From the NCBI GenBank assembly GCA_030295235.1, contig AP026130.1:186001-250000 (forward strand): 64,000 bases of DNA, given 5' to 3'. Numbering within the stretch: position 1 is the stretch's first letter; every line of letters begins with the position of its first letter. Made by a program: the position numbers and the translations under genes. Positions 54,173 to 64,000 of this stretch are shown one piece after another. Source of the DNA: Fistulifera solaris. Its lineage: Eukaryota. The notes under the pieces were generated by a model that saw nothing but the letters and a program-made list of their open reading frames with translations, was not told the origin of the DNA and searched no databases.

Positions 54173-54350
54173 TGACGTAGGACTTTTCATTCGGAGTCTC
54201 TCGTGACTGAAAGTTGTGACGTAGAACGGAAGGATGGCGAACACGCTGACTCAGAAAATGCAACACCGTTTCTATAGCTGCGTTAAACAAGATTTCTGAA
54301 CTCTTACGTCACAGTGCGTTAGAATGTTTCGTTTCTAATGAGTGTGACGT
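54173..54350. promoter_or_regulatory. Cluster of four TGACGT (bZIP/aureochrome-type) hexamers upstream of chlP
   Basis: TGACGT at 54173, 54217 and 54345; ACGTCA at 54306. Confidence 0.45.
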
Positions 54351-55701
54351 TGGTTGTAGCGCAAGTCGCAGCACGATACGGCGAGCCACGAGCACGAGGC
54401 TAAGATCGTGCCGAGACGTGTTTCACGCATGGCGCAGGCATCCGAACTCACTTTTTAGTTTATTTCTGATACAGCAATAGCAAGGAGTCGGGATAAGTTA
54501 ACAACTATTCTTGAATCCGCAAGATCTGATGCTTACTATTTAGAGAGTGAAAGATTGCTGGAAGCGCGACACCCGTAGTTGCAGTCAACTAGGCGGGCAC
54601 GGATCCAACGCAGGCAACAGAGAAACGGGACGCGCGAAGACTGCCTGTCAGATTTTTGCCGAACGATCCTCGCGGTTTTCTGCTGTAAACGATCGAGTCG
54701 CATCCTCTAGGGTCGTTCTTCGGAGCGCATGACAAGCACACGATGCCTCTGCAACGGAACCCTCTCGAGAGCTGCCTAAATCATCCACCCAATTCAAATC
54801 GTATACTCTGTCGTCAAGAGTCTTTCATGTTCGTGGCATTCTCTCTTTCTCTGACTGCCGCTCACTCGGACTGCGCCCAATACTGCGCCATCCGTTTTAC
54901 GGCATTGTGCAGCGCGCGAGGGAGCATCATCCGTACTCACTGAATGGCTTCTTCGTAGATGAATGACGTCGTTGTAGTTCTTCTCTGCAACGAGGTCCAT
55001 CCTGTTCGATGGACTCACTCTTGGGTGGGATCGATTGTCATTCATAGGTTCATTCAATCCAGGGGGACATCGCATCCACCACCAACAATCAACAGCCTCC
55101 GACACTTGGCTTTCAAGAGTTATGTTATATGTTATACGTTTGGAGACAATTTTCTTTCCATGGACGAGATCTAGACGATGAGAGGTTTTTTTTGAATATG
55201 AGCAGTGTTTAGTGCGAAAGAACATATGCGACGCTCTCGAGAGTCGAGAGAGGCTACGCTTGGACCACCGTTGAGCTAAAGTATTTCATCGAGTGTCTCT
55301 AGTATGAGACAGAGCATTGATCACTCGATTGCATGGTTCTTGCACCGCTACCTTTCTTGTCAACTTCTGTTCTTCGAAAAGGCGTCCTTTCATCCCTTGC
55401 GTGCATTTTTTGTGAAGGGTTTTCAGTCCCGTTTTCAGTCGCTCCATTTTTAGCGACGAAACCATGATTGCGATAAATTTAGTACACAAAGTTAGTGACG
55501 TATCCGTAGGATTTAAAAATATATAGCCGTTTTCACACTGCATTGATTGTACTCTCCGCATCGCCTTTCGTTTCTGCTGCGTCAACCAGCACGACGATGA
55601 CCATCTTGTTATTCCTCTCAAAACCACCCAATGCGAACTTGGCGAAACGATTCTTCGGCCATTGCAATCGATACGTCGTCATTCATTCCTTCCTCACGAA
55701 C

Positions 55702-57722
55702 ATGACAGACGATATTACCAATTTATTGAGTTCGATTTCGGCCATTAGCGGCATTGCGACCGTTTTACTCGGTTCCTTGTTGGCCTACGTCCTGTTGAAC
55801 CGCGACAAATCCGCGTCGTCGTCTCTGACGACTCCTTTAAAAGAGGAAAAAGTCTTGGATCTCAACAAATACCCCGGAGGAGAAATTACCGTCTATTATG
55901 GAACACAAACGGGAACGGCCGAATCGTTTGCCCGCGTTTTGGAACGAGAAGGCCCGAAGTACGGGTTTTTCGTGCACGTCATGGATTTTGAAGATATTAC
56001 GGTCGAAGAATTGGCGTCCCGCACCAACGAAACCGACGGCATTGCTCGCGCTATCTTAATTTCGGCCACGTACGGAGAAGGCGAAGCTCCCGACAATGCC
56101 ATCCAATTTGCGAATGAATTGTGTGACAAGGCGAATACGCAAATATTGTTTCAACAAATCAAACGGCCGGAGGAGCCACTGGAACCGACCTGCTTACAAA
56201 ATGTGCAGTACAGCGTCTTTGGTTTAGGAAACAAACAGTACGATCATTACAACTCCATGGCCAAGTTTCTCGATCATGCCATGGAGCGTTGTGGAGCCCA
56301 GCGATTGGCGGAAACGGGTTTGGGGGACGATGATGACGATCTCGAAAGTGATTTTGAAAATTGGAAAGATCAAATCTTGTGGCCTTCTCTCAAGAAACAA
56401 TACTTGCAACACGAATTTGTAGGAGCCGCATCGACGCCCGAAACCGAATGGCCGGAGTGTCCCTACGCGATCGAATATCATCCTTCCACCACAACCGCGG
56501 CTTCCTTCCGTGAAGATCAAATTCATTCGCACAGTCGACATTACTTTACCGCCGTTGACTGTCCCGTTCGAGTCACACGGGAGTTACGGACCGACCAGGA
56601 TCCTGGATCCACCGTGCATGTCGAAATCGATCTTTCGGGACAATTGCAATACCAAACGGCCGACAATTTGGGAGTCTTGCCCATCAATCCTCCGGCCATT
56701 GTCGAACAAGTCGCACAATCACTTTCCTTCGATTTGGATCAAGTCTTTTCGTTGCACGCGGCGCCGAATCATGAATGGCACGGGGCTCCTTTCCCCATGC
56801 CAATCAGCGTTCGCGAATGTTTGATGCGCTATTGCGATTTGACCGGTGCGCCACGACGATCAGATCTCAAACTATTGGCGTCGTATGCCACCGATCCCAT
56901 CGATCAGAAAGTTTTGTTGCGCATGGCCTCGAAAGAAGGACGCAATGAATATAAGGAAAAGATTCTGGAGGAATATGTCGGCCTGGCGGGGTTGTTGCAA
57001 AGTGTCCGTCCATTCAAATGCCGTTGGAGCATTTTTTGGGTATTTGTCCGTTGCTGCAAACTCGGTTTTTTACCATTAGTTCTTCCTCGTCGGTGCATCC
57101 CAACACTGTGCACTTGACGGTGGCCGTCACGCAGCATGAACGCAAGGATGGTTCATTGTTTCAAGGGGTTTGTTCGAACCATTTGGCATCGCCTTCGCTC
57201 GACACGGTTCGTGTGTTTGTCCGTGCGTCTACCTTTCGCTTGCCGAAGGACTCGTCTCGTCCCATTCTCATGATTGGACCCGGCACGGGCATTGCTCCGA
57301 TGCGGGCACTGCTGCAGGAACGAGAGTATCAACGCCACGTGCAAAAGAAAACGGTTGGTCCGAATATTTTGTATTTTGGGTGCAAAACGTCGAGTCAAGA
57401 TTATATTTATCGTGATGAAATGGAAGCGTGGGCGCAAAACGGAGTCCTCGATCATCTCCGCGTGGCGTTTTCTCGAGAAACTGTTGGGAAGAAAGTCTAC
57501 GTGCAGCATTTGCTGGCCGACCACAGCGAAGAAACGTGGAAATTGCTGGAGCAGGAAGGCGCTTATGTTTACGTGTGTGGGGCGGTCAAGATGGGCCAAG
57601 ATGTAGCGGAAGCGTTGAACAAGATTGTATCGGCGCATGGCAACCTGTCGCATGACGAAGCCAAGGCCTACTTGTCGAAAATGAGTGCCGAGGGACGGTT
57701 CGTCCAAGAACTTTGGGCTTAA
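55702..57722 (+). CDS. CPR: NADPH-cytochrome P450 reductase (frameshift ~57000)
   Basis: N-terminal TM anchor; YGTQTGTAE, ATYGEGEAPDNA, FGLGNKQY, RFFTISSS, GVCS, MIGPGTGIAP, YFGC, YVCG and terminal ELWA. Confidence 0.94.
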
Positions 57723-57949
57723 GACAACATTTTTTTGCTCGAGGTGTATCCATTATACAAACATAGAGCTTTTGAATCGAAGTATTCGTTCGCACGCCTG
57801 TTAATTCCGAGTGAGTGATACTTTTTTGTGCCATTTCATTCCGATCTCATGACAGTGAACAGAGTCGACGCATACATTGAAAATAATATACGAAAGATAC
57901 GTAGTAGCATTTACTTTTCAACAATCTATTGCTTTGTAATATTTATGAT

Positions 57950-59572
57950 CTATCTTTCACCAAAGGACTGCTTGGTTAAATGAAAGTCAGGCACATATCC
58001 CGGAACAAAGGTACCATGTAAGGCGAAAGAAAGGAACGTAGGAATGGGTGCTTCACAAATGGGACCTTTCGCAATGTTTCGACAATCAAAGATACAAAGG
58101 GTCGTTTCTTCTTTGATTCCGTTCAACTTGTACGCTAGTAAGTAACCATCGTCTTCGGCCTCGCCACGAGGCACAAAACATACTTCTCCAATGAACTCAT
58201 CGACCGACTCGGGCAACCATTTTTGTACTGTGCGCCCTTCTTGGACATCAATCTTGGCAATGCCTTGTACGGGCTGTCCTACCGTGGCGCTGGCACCGGC
58301 TCCCACATAAACATACTGGTACGGCTTGGAAACGTATCTGGGATGAATGACAGGGAATTCCACGTTCGCACTGGCATCGGTCGACATTGTGGTCACGGAC
58401 AACAGCTTTCGTTGGGCCAAATCGATCTTGTAGCGGCGCAATTGATACGCATTCGTGCTCAAATCGAAGGTTTCCCACAAAGGACGTTCGGGGTATTGGT
58501 TCGATTCGGTATCGGCAAAGTTCACGTCATCCGCCATAATGGCATCTACCACCAACGTTCCATCTTCGTCTTCAAACGCATTGCTCAAATGGAACGTGAA
58601 AGCGACGGGAATTTCAATTTCGATGACTTCTTCCGGGCCCGTTCGAGGCAATAGAAAAATCTTGGCGGCTTTCGCTTCTTTGTCCGACGATATACACTCC
58701 GCGACACTCTTCTTTCCCAATACAAAGGGCCATACATTGAATTTGACCGGTGCCTGGAAGGCACATACGTAATTTTTCGATATCGCCATGTCGTGCGCGA
58801 GGCCAAATCCGGGCAAAGGAAATTTGCGTTTGCGAATCAATTTCATATCCATTCCGGAATGCTCGTACACGGTAAACATGTGTCCTTTACTGGGATCCGA
58901 AACGGCTGGATCTTGGCCGACGGCAAAGTTGACAATGTTTCCCGAATCCGGGTCGATTTTGTAGTGTGCCGCGTAATTCTCCGCCGGTCCCAAGGAACCG
59001 TTCAAATCCACCTCACCCAACGTCTCCAAAGTATCCGGACGCAATTGAAATGGCTTCCCGCCTTCCCATAATGCAAACAAGTGATTGTTCGAGTACAATA
59101 CGTGCGTGTTCGCCAGATTCTTGGTTTTCATATCCAAAATATTGGACCACCAGGCTCCTTGGTTTTTGGCCGTTCCAAACATGCCCCGGTATTTTACTTT
59201 GTTTGCGTTCAATTCTTCAACATATCCCGGTGTTTGTACAAATCGATTCCGAAACCACGCTTTTCCCTTCGAAAACGTCACGGCCGTTACCATGCCATCT
59301 CCATCAAACGGATGAACGACAATTTCGTCTCCGACTTGAAACTTGGCGTGTCCATTTTGAAAGAACGTTCCCGTAATATCGGTAGGAAACTTGCCTTCTA
59401 TTTCGTAACAGTCTTCGGTTTTAACGGTATGGAAACCCTTGTGAAAAGCTGCGCGATGGAAGGTGTCGCGGATCATAATGTCACTGGACGATGCCGTCGT
59501 CGCCGATAAACTCATCGTCGTCGACAGAGACGACGCCAACACGGCGCTGTAAGACAAGAACGATAACTTCAT
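57950..59572 (-). CDS. Carotenoid cleavage oxygenase (RPE65/CCD/ACO family) with N-terminal presequence
   Basis: HPFDGDGM, NLANT and ALWEGG; four iron-ligand His residues (AHYK, AHDM, FHLS, LHGTF); EFPVI and EDDGYL. Confidence 0.92.
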   Translation of the reverse strand: MKLSFLSYSAVLASSLSTTMSLSATTASSSDIMIRDTFHRAAFHKGFHTVKTEDCYEIEGKFPTDITGTFFQNGHAKFQVGDEIVVHPFDGDGMVTAVTFSKGKAWFRNRFVQTPGYVEELNANKVKYRGMFGTAKNQGAWWSNILDMKTKNLANTHVLYSNNHLFALWEGGKPFQLRPDTLETLGEVDLNGSLGPAENYAAHYKIDPDSGNIVNFAVGQDPAVSDPSKGHMFTVYEHSGMDMKLIRKRKFPLPGFGLAHDMAISKNYVCAFQAPVKFNVWPFVLGKKSVAECISSDKEAKAAKIFLLPRTGPEEVIEIEIPVAFTFHLSNAFEDEDGTLVVDAIMADDVNFADTESNQYPERPLWETFDLSTNAYQLRRYKIDLAQRKLLSVTTMSTDASANVEFPVIHPRYVSKPYQYVYVGAGASATVGQPVQGIAKIDVQEGRTVQKWLPESVDEFIGEVCFVPRGEAEDDGYLLAYKLNGIKEETTLCIFDCRNIAKGPICEAPIPTFLSFALHGTFVPGYVPDFHLTKQSFGER

Positions 59573-60043
59573 TGTTGCGCACTAGACTGATCCGAACACC
59601 GATCAAGCAATGCAATATCCGAAGATTGGAATGAATGAAGTAGCAGGGAAGGAAATGAGAATGACTGGCGCGATGAGGAAAGAACATCGCATCATTTCGT
59701 TTTCCACTTTCCACCTCATTACGTCACTTCCGAACGGACGGAGTATTGTCGAATTTCCCGACCGGTACTTAGATTTAGTACTCTGTACACCACACTTCTT
59801 ATGACACGACAAACAGTAAATTAACGGCTATGCCATGTTGTATCCAGTAGGCTGTACTAAAAGGTAAAACATTGTGGACGAAGTGACATGTGACGTCATC
59901 ACTTATGCCAGCAACCGTATGACGAAACAAGACAGACACCACCGAGCGAGAAAGAACAAAAACAGGACGACAAGTCCTTCCAAAGAAAACAAGCTTTATC
60001 ATAGCTATCAAATAATGCATCTAGCCATCATACAATCGTAAAC

Positions 60044-60994
60044 ATGAGAAAAGACGACAGCATTACCGTGACACGGCACTACTATTCACAAAAGCATCGG
60101 ACCTTTGAAACCAGTCTCGATGTCTACGTGCCATCCACCCCCAATATTTCTTCAATCGTCGTCTTGGTCGTCGGGTCGGCGTGGATGGGACATACGCCCT
60201 GGATCTACCGGGGGACATCGTGGTGGAATCGTGCCGGACCACGGGCGGTGGCCCAAACGTCCGCCCTCTGCATTTGTGTCCGCCATCGGGGGGCCTTTTT
60301 CCAAGTTCCACCTTTGTCGGTAGTGTGCGTTATTTTGATGATGATGTGGCTGGGAACGACTCCACAGATAACGCTGATTCTCTTTTTGACATGGATATGG
60401 TTGAAGATGGTCGGTCAGAATGCGGCATCGTTCGCGGATATGCAAAGTGATGTCGAACAAGCCATTCAATGGATTCAACAAAACAAGTCCCATCTGTGTA
60501 CACAATATACGGGTGGAAAGGATGTTCCCCTGTATTTTGGTGGATACAGTTCCGGTGCTCATGTGGCCTTGACCGTTTTGCAACGGTCTCCTGCTATAAC
60601 TTCCTTCTTTCAAGGAATTGTTCTCCTTTCGGGTGTCTTGGCGGTGCGACCGTTCTCGGAAAAAAACCACCCTCGATGGTTGACCGATACTATTTTACAC
60701 ATTGTGTTTGGACCCCAAGAGGCAAAAAAACATTCCATCCCCCATCGCCGGTCCCATTCCTCCTTTGCCGCATCTCATCATTGGTTGTGAACACGAAGTC
60801 TGGGGATGGAATGGACTGAATGTCTTTTTTGTTCCCAGGCGTACGCCGAACAAGCTCGACGGACAGGGATTCCCGTCTCGTATCACGAACTACTGTCGGA
60901 TCATTGGTTCATCTTGTCGCACCCGGAATTGCCGCAACGGCTTCAACAGGAATTGCCGCGATTGTTGGTCCTGTCATCATCGGAACAACAATAA
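60044..60994 (+). CDS. Membrane-associated alpha/beta hydrolase (frameshift ~60725)
   Basis: LDVYVP, VGSAW (oxyanion-like), nucleophile elbow GYSSGAH, LLSGV and C-terminal DHW; hydrophobic hairpin. Confidence 0.75.
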
Positions 60995-61140
60995 TATTTT
61001 AATAATAACAGTTAAGATAGATTTGAATAGAGGATAACGAATTCAAGACTACAAACGATTGTGTTTTGAGGAGGAAGTAGAAGAAACTATAGTCAATCTA
61101 CGATGATTTTGGCCTTGTGGATGTCTACGGTGGTTCCCTA

Positions 61141-61197
61141 TTTACTATAGGTGTTAACTGTAGATGACCTTTTTCACGACTGCATTTCAGTCCTGAG
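61141..61197 (+). repeat. Dispersed intergenic element, copy 5
   Basis: TTTACTATAGG-N23-CACGACTGCATTTCAGTC, with the same spacing as copy 1. Confidence 0.75.
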
Positions 61198-61292
61198 TTG
61201 TCGTGCTTTTTGCACCGCCGTTATCACTTTCTCCATTATTTTTCCATCGACACAGCCATATAACTATAACGTTTCTTTACAGCCTTCTTATC

Positions 61293-62561
61293 ATGGATAG
61301 AAACATGCCAGAAACGGATCATGAGGATAATAATAGTACGAGCAGCGACAAGGATCCTCCGCCAATCCACGGCAAACGTCCGTTGACAGCCACAACAACA
61401 ACGACAAGTCCGACAGCCAAACGACCACGATCTACGGAAGATGACAGCCATTTCTTGAAACTAGCCCGTTCCAGACTTTCCAAATGGGCGGTACGATTGT
61501 TTGATCCGAATCGACCACGGGGTCTCGTGGAAGCGCCGCAAACCATACCGTTGAATGACGAATTTTTGCAAGCCTTTGGGCAACGCGAAAAAAGCCCACG
61601 ATGTCGCGCGGGGAGTGTCCCTCGAAATTAATTCCACCATACATGATGACGAAGAAGAGGATGACACAAAGACTGACTCAGATCCACCGTCCCAACCTGT
61701 CAAAATCAAAATCACCAATCTGAAATACACGACGACACGCACTACGTTGGAAGCCGCGTGTCAAAATTTCGGACCGGTCGAACAAGTCCATTTGATTATG
61801 GATGACAGTGAAGACGAGAAAAACAAAGGGGTTGCCTATGTGACATTCCGTGATGAGCACTCGGCACAAGCCTGTATCGAGGGTCTCCAAAAACTCGAAG
61901 GACGGCCTTTGAATGTGACCCTGGCGGCGACGACGACCACAACATCAAGCATGACACCGAAAGCTTCCACGGCACGGTATTATTTAGAACAAGAAAACAA
62001 CATTTCCTTCAAATGCTATCGCTGCGGAACACCGGGACACGTCGAAGCCGATTGTACGGCATTACCGAAAGCCCGTCCGTGTCCACTCTGTGCGCAACTG
62101 GATCACGATGTCCGGACCTGTCCCTCGAAAGCCGTCTGTTTCAATTGCGGTGTGCCCGGACATGTTTCACGACAGTGCCCAAAAGCAAGGGTGTACCGCC
62201 CCGACGACTCGAGGCCTTGCCCTATACGGCCACGCGCGGGGCCGTGTGTCCCGTGTGTCATCGTGCGGGTCATTTTCTGTGTCAAGAATTCAAGTGGTTT
62301 GTGGGACTGCAAGGAGGTATCACGTGTTTCAATTGTGGCCGATTTGGTCACAATGGATTTGATTGTGATCGTGTGCGTCCGGAAGAATGTTTGCATCGGG
62401 AGGATTTGGTGTTGACCGAAATCAGTAAAGTTGACAAAGAACAACGGACGGAACAATTGATTCAGGCGGAGCGTCATCGTGAAGCATCACGACAATTGGA
62501 AGTGGAACGGCGTCGTGCCAAAAGTGCTCCGCCGTCGCGAAGAGAGCGGTGGCGTAAATAA
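61293..62561 (+). CDS. RRM + multiple CCHC zinc-knuckle protein (frameshifts ~61590 and ~62200)
   Basis: RNP2 IKITNL and RNP1 KGVAYVTF; knuckles CYRCGTPGHVEADC, CPLCAQLDHDVRTC, CFNCGVPGHVSRQC and CFNCGRFGHNGFDC. Confidence 0.85.
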
Positions 62562-62639
62562 AAATAAACTATATTTTAAGTGGACTAGGCCATCTAAAGA
62601 GTGTAAAACATCCGGACATATTATTCTTTTCGATTTTTT

Positions 62640-63902
62640 TTAACCATCCATCAAACGCGGTATCAAGTTGACTTTGGGAATGTGATCGAACCACAAATAA
62701 TCGGCCACTTTGGATTGGGACGCCAGTGTTTCGGGTCCCGTCCCAATTTCGAGTCGCAAAAACCGACTTTTCGACAAGGTATCTTCAGCCGTGGGATTCA
62801 ACAAAATGGTCGTGACCGAATCGTCCGTGACTTGGGATTGTCCCAAGAAACGACACAATCGAGGAATGCGTCCATTGATGCCATATAAGAAGCGGACCTG
62901 GGTCATGGGAGTGACTGTCACGACCAACGGTGCCGTCCCGTGGGTGGCGGCGTATTTTGCACACGCCGTCGCGGCCGCTTCGTGTTCCAAAATCGTTTGC
63001 GAAAAGAAATTGGCAAAGTCGAGCGACGGTGGTAAATCCTTGATGAGGGATCGATCGGTATAGACTTTGAATTTGGGATCTTGGGGCAACGCAATGAATC
63101 CTTGTGGGTCAATGACGTATTGAGTGCGACGGTCCATGTCGACATTTTGGAGACCCCCCTTTTGGACGGCTTGGATGTCTTGAATTTCGGGAGATAAAGC
63201 AATAAGATCGAGTTTCTTGATTTTGGCCAATTGCCACAGTGGTTGATAGAGTGCTTGTAGAGTCGAATCGACATTGGCTTGGGATAACGCTCGCAGAAGA
63301 TCATCTTCCTGACATTGATTGGACGTATATTGATTCAGCATCGATTGCACACTGTACGGGAACGGCAATCCGAGTGCCGTGTTACTATTACGACGCGACG
63401 CCAGAGTCTCTACAAGATCGACCGCGAATTGAATATCACTGGTGGTAAATTGTTGAGGCAATCCCAAACACACAAAGGTGGGACCCGCTTGCGGTTTGGT
63501 TTTGGTGACCGACTCGATGGTCCCAAAAACGGCCTTGTTGAGCATATTGTTCAAATTGATGGTATCTACAACAATGGCATCTTTGTTCGTCCCGGATCCT
63601 TGCGCGAGTTCTTTTAATATTTGAGTTTGTTGCTGGCTGCGCAAGGGCAAGAGTGTCGGAGGAAGGGTCGAATCGACGCGATACGCGGTCGGGCGAATGG
63701 CGGGTCGATAGTCGGTGGCGGCAGCTATTTGGGGTTTTAATACGACGGTAGAAGCCATTCCCGCCAGCATTTGGCGTCGCGATGGTAGCATATCGAGTGC
63801 AGTGGTGGTTCTCGGGGTAGTGGTGGTGAAAGTTGAAAAACTCTGACTTGGAAGCGTCCATGAACTCCATGACAGTATGAATAATAACCAGTATGTTGAC
63901 AT
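62640..63902 (-). CDS. Plastid thylakoid-lumen protein with a degenerate ChaN/PhuW (haem-binding uptake)-like domain
   Basis: Signal peptide plus SF, twin-arginine SRRQMLAG and AAA cleavage site. ChaN-like segments ALGL, QSMLNQY, LYQPLWQLAK, VQKGGL, GINGRI and KVADYLWF. Start codon uncertain. Confidence 0.65.
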   Translation of the reverse strand: MSTYWLLFILSWSSWTLPSQSFSTFTTTTPRTTTALDMLPSRRQMLAGMASTVVLKPQIAAATDYRPAIRPTAYRVDSTLPPTLLPLRSQQQTQILKELAQGSGTNKDAIVVDTINLNNMLNKAVFGTIESVTKTKPQAGPTFVCLGLPQQFTTSDIQFAVDLVETLASRRNSNTALGLPFPYSVQSMLNQYTSNQCQEDDLLRALSQANVDSTLQALYQPLWQLAKIKKLDLIALSPEIQDIQAVQKGGLQNVDMDRRTQYVIDPQGFIALPQDPKFKVYTDRSLIKDLPPSLDFANFFSQTILEHEAAATACAKYAATHGTAPLVVTVTPMTQVRFLYGINGRIPRLCRFLGQSQVTDDSVTTILLNPTAEDTLSKSRFLRLEIGTGPETLASQSKVADYLWFDHIPKVNLIPRLMDG

Positions 63903-64000
63903 TCGGAGTGTGATCATCCTGAATAAGACTATCGATTGACTTAAAAATTGCATTTGATTGTGATGTAATATTGAAAAGATCCGGTGGATGATTCTATATC

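Noticed and set aside
54400..55540. Possible hidden gene or ncRNA in the long chlP-CPR intergenic region
   Set aside because: Only short ORFs (up to 143 aa) without motifs and short palindromes (CTCTCGAGAG twice); nothing supportable.

Overview
Gene-dense eukaryotic nuclear DNA from a diatom-like photosynthetic stramenopile. Evidence: bipartite signal-peptide/ASAF-type plastid presequences, RedCAP, nuclear chlP and secA, and short GT-AG introns of 75-240 nt. About 29 protein-coding genes are recognisable: plastid SecA, a C2-domain membrane protein, a 2OG-Fe(II)-oxygenase-like/Ctr copper-transporter fusion, an EGY-like M50 protein, RedCAP, URC1/URG1-like cyclohydrolase, LETM1, MetAP2, a USP deubiquitinase, a SET protein ending in TDEL, PP1 inhibitor-2, MsrA, three tandem HA-repeat/Tudor-like genes, a DUF2358/SnoaL-like protein, a nitroreductase, a piggyBac-like protein with an embedded YqaJ/lambda-exonuclease domain, ChlP, NADPH-P450 reductase, a carotenoid oxygenase, an alpha/beta hydrolase, an RRM/zinc-knuckle protein, a ChaN-like lumen protein and several hypotheticals. 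More than 20 single-base frameshifts, many in homopolymers and including essential genes, most likely reflect an unpolished long-read assembly, so the gene models are hand-repaired and approximate. The best leads are: (1) the piggyBac-like DDD protein with an internal YqaJ nuclease domain; (2) the secreted oxygenase-like domain fused through an RRL site to a Ctr transporter; (3) a dispersed intergenic element with the core CACGACTGCATTTCAGTC, found five times; (4) a 1.2-kb array of 52-bp units, each carrying a 19-23-bp palindrome; (5) a putative ER-lumenal SET methyltransferase. All family assignments come from motif recognition by eye; no database search was run.
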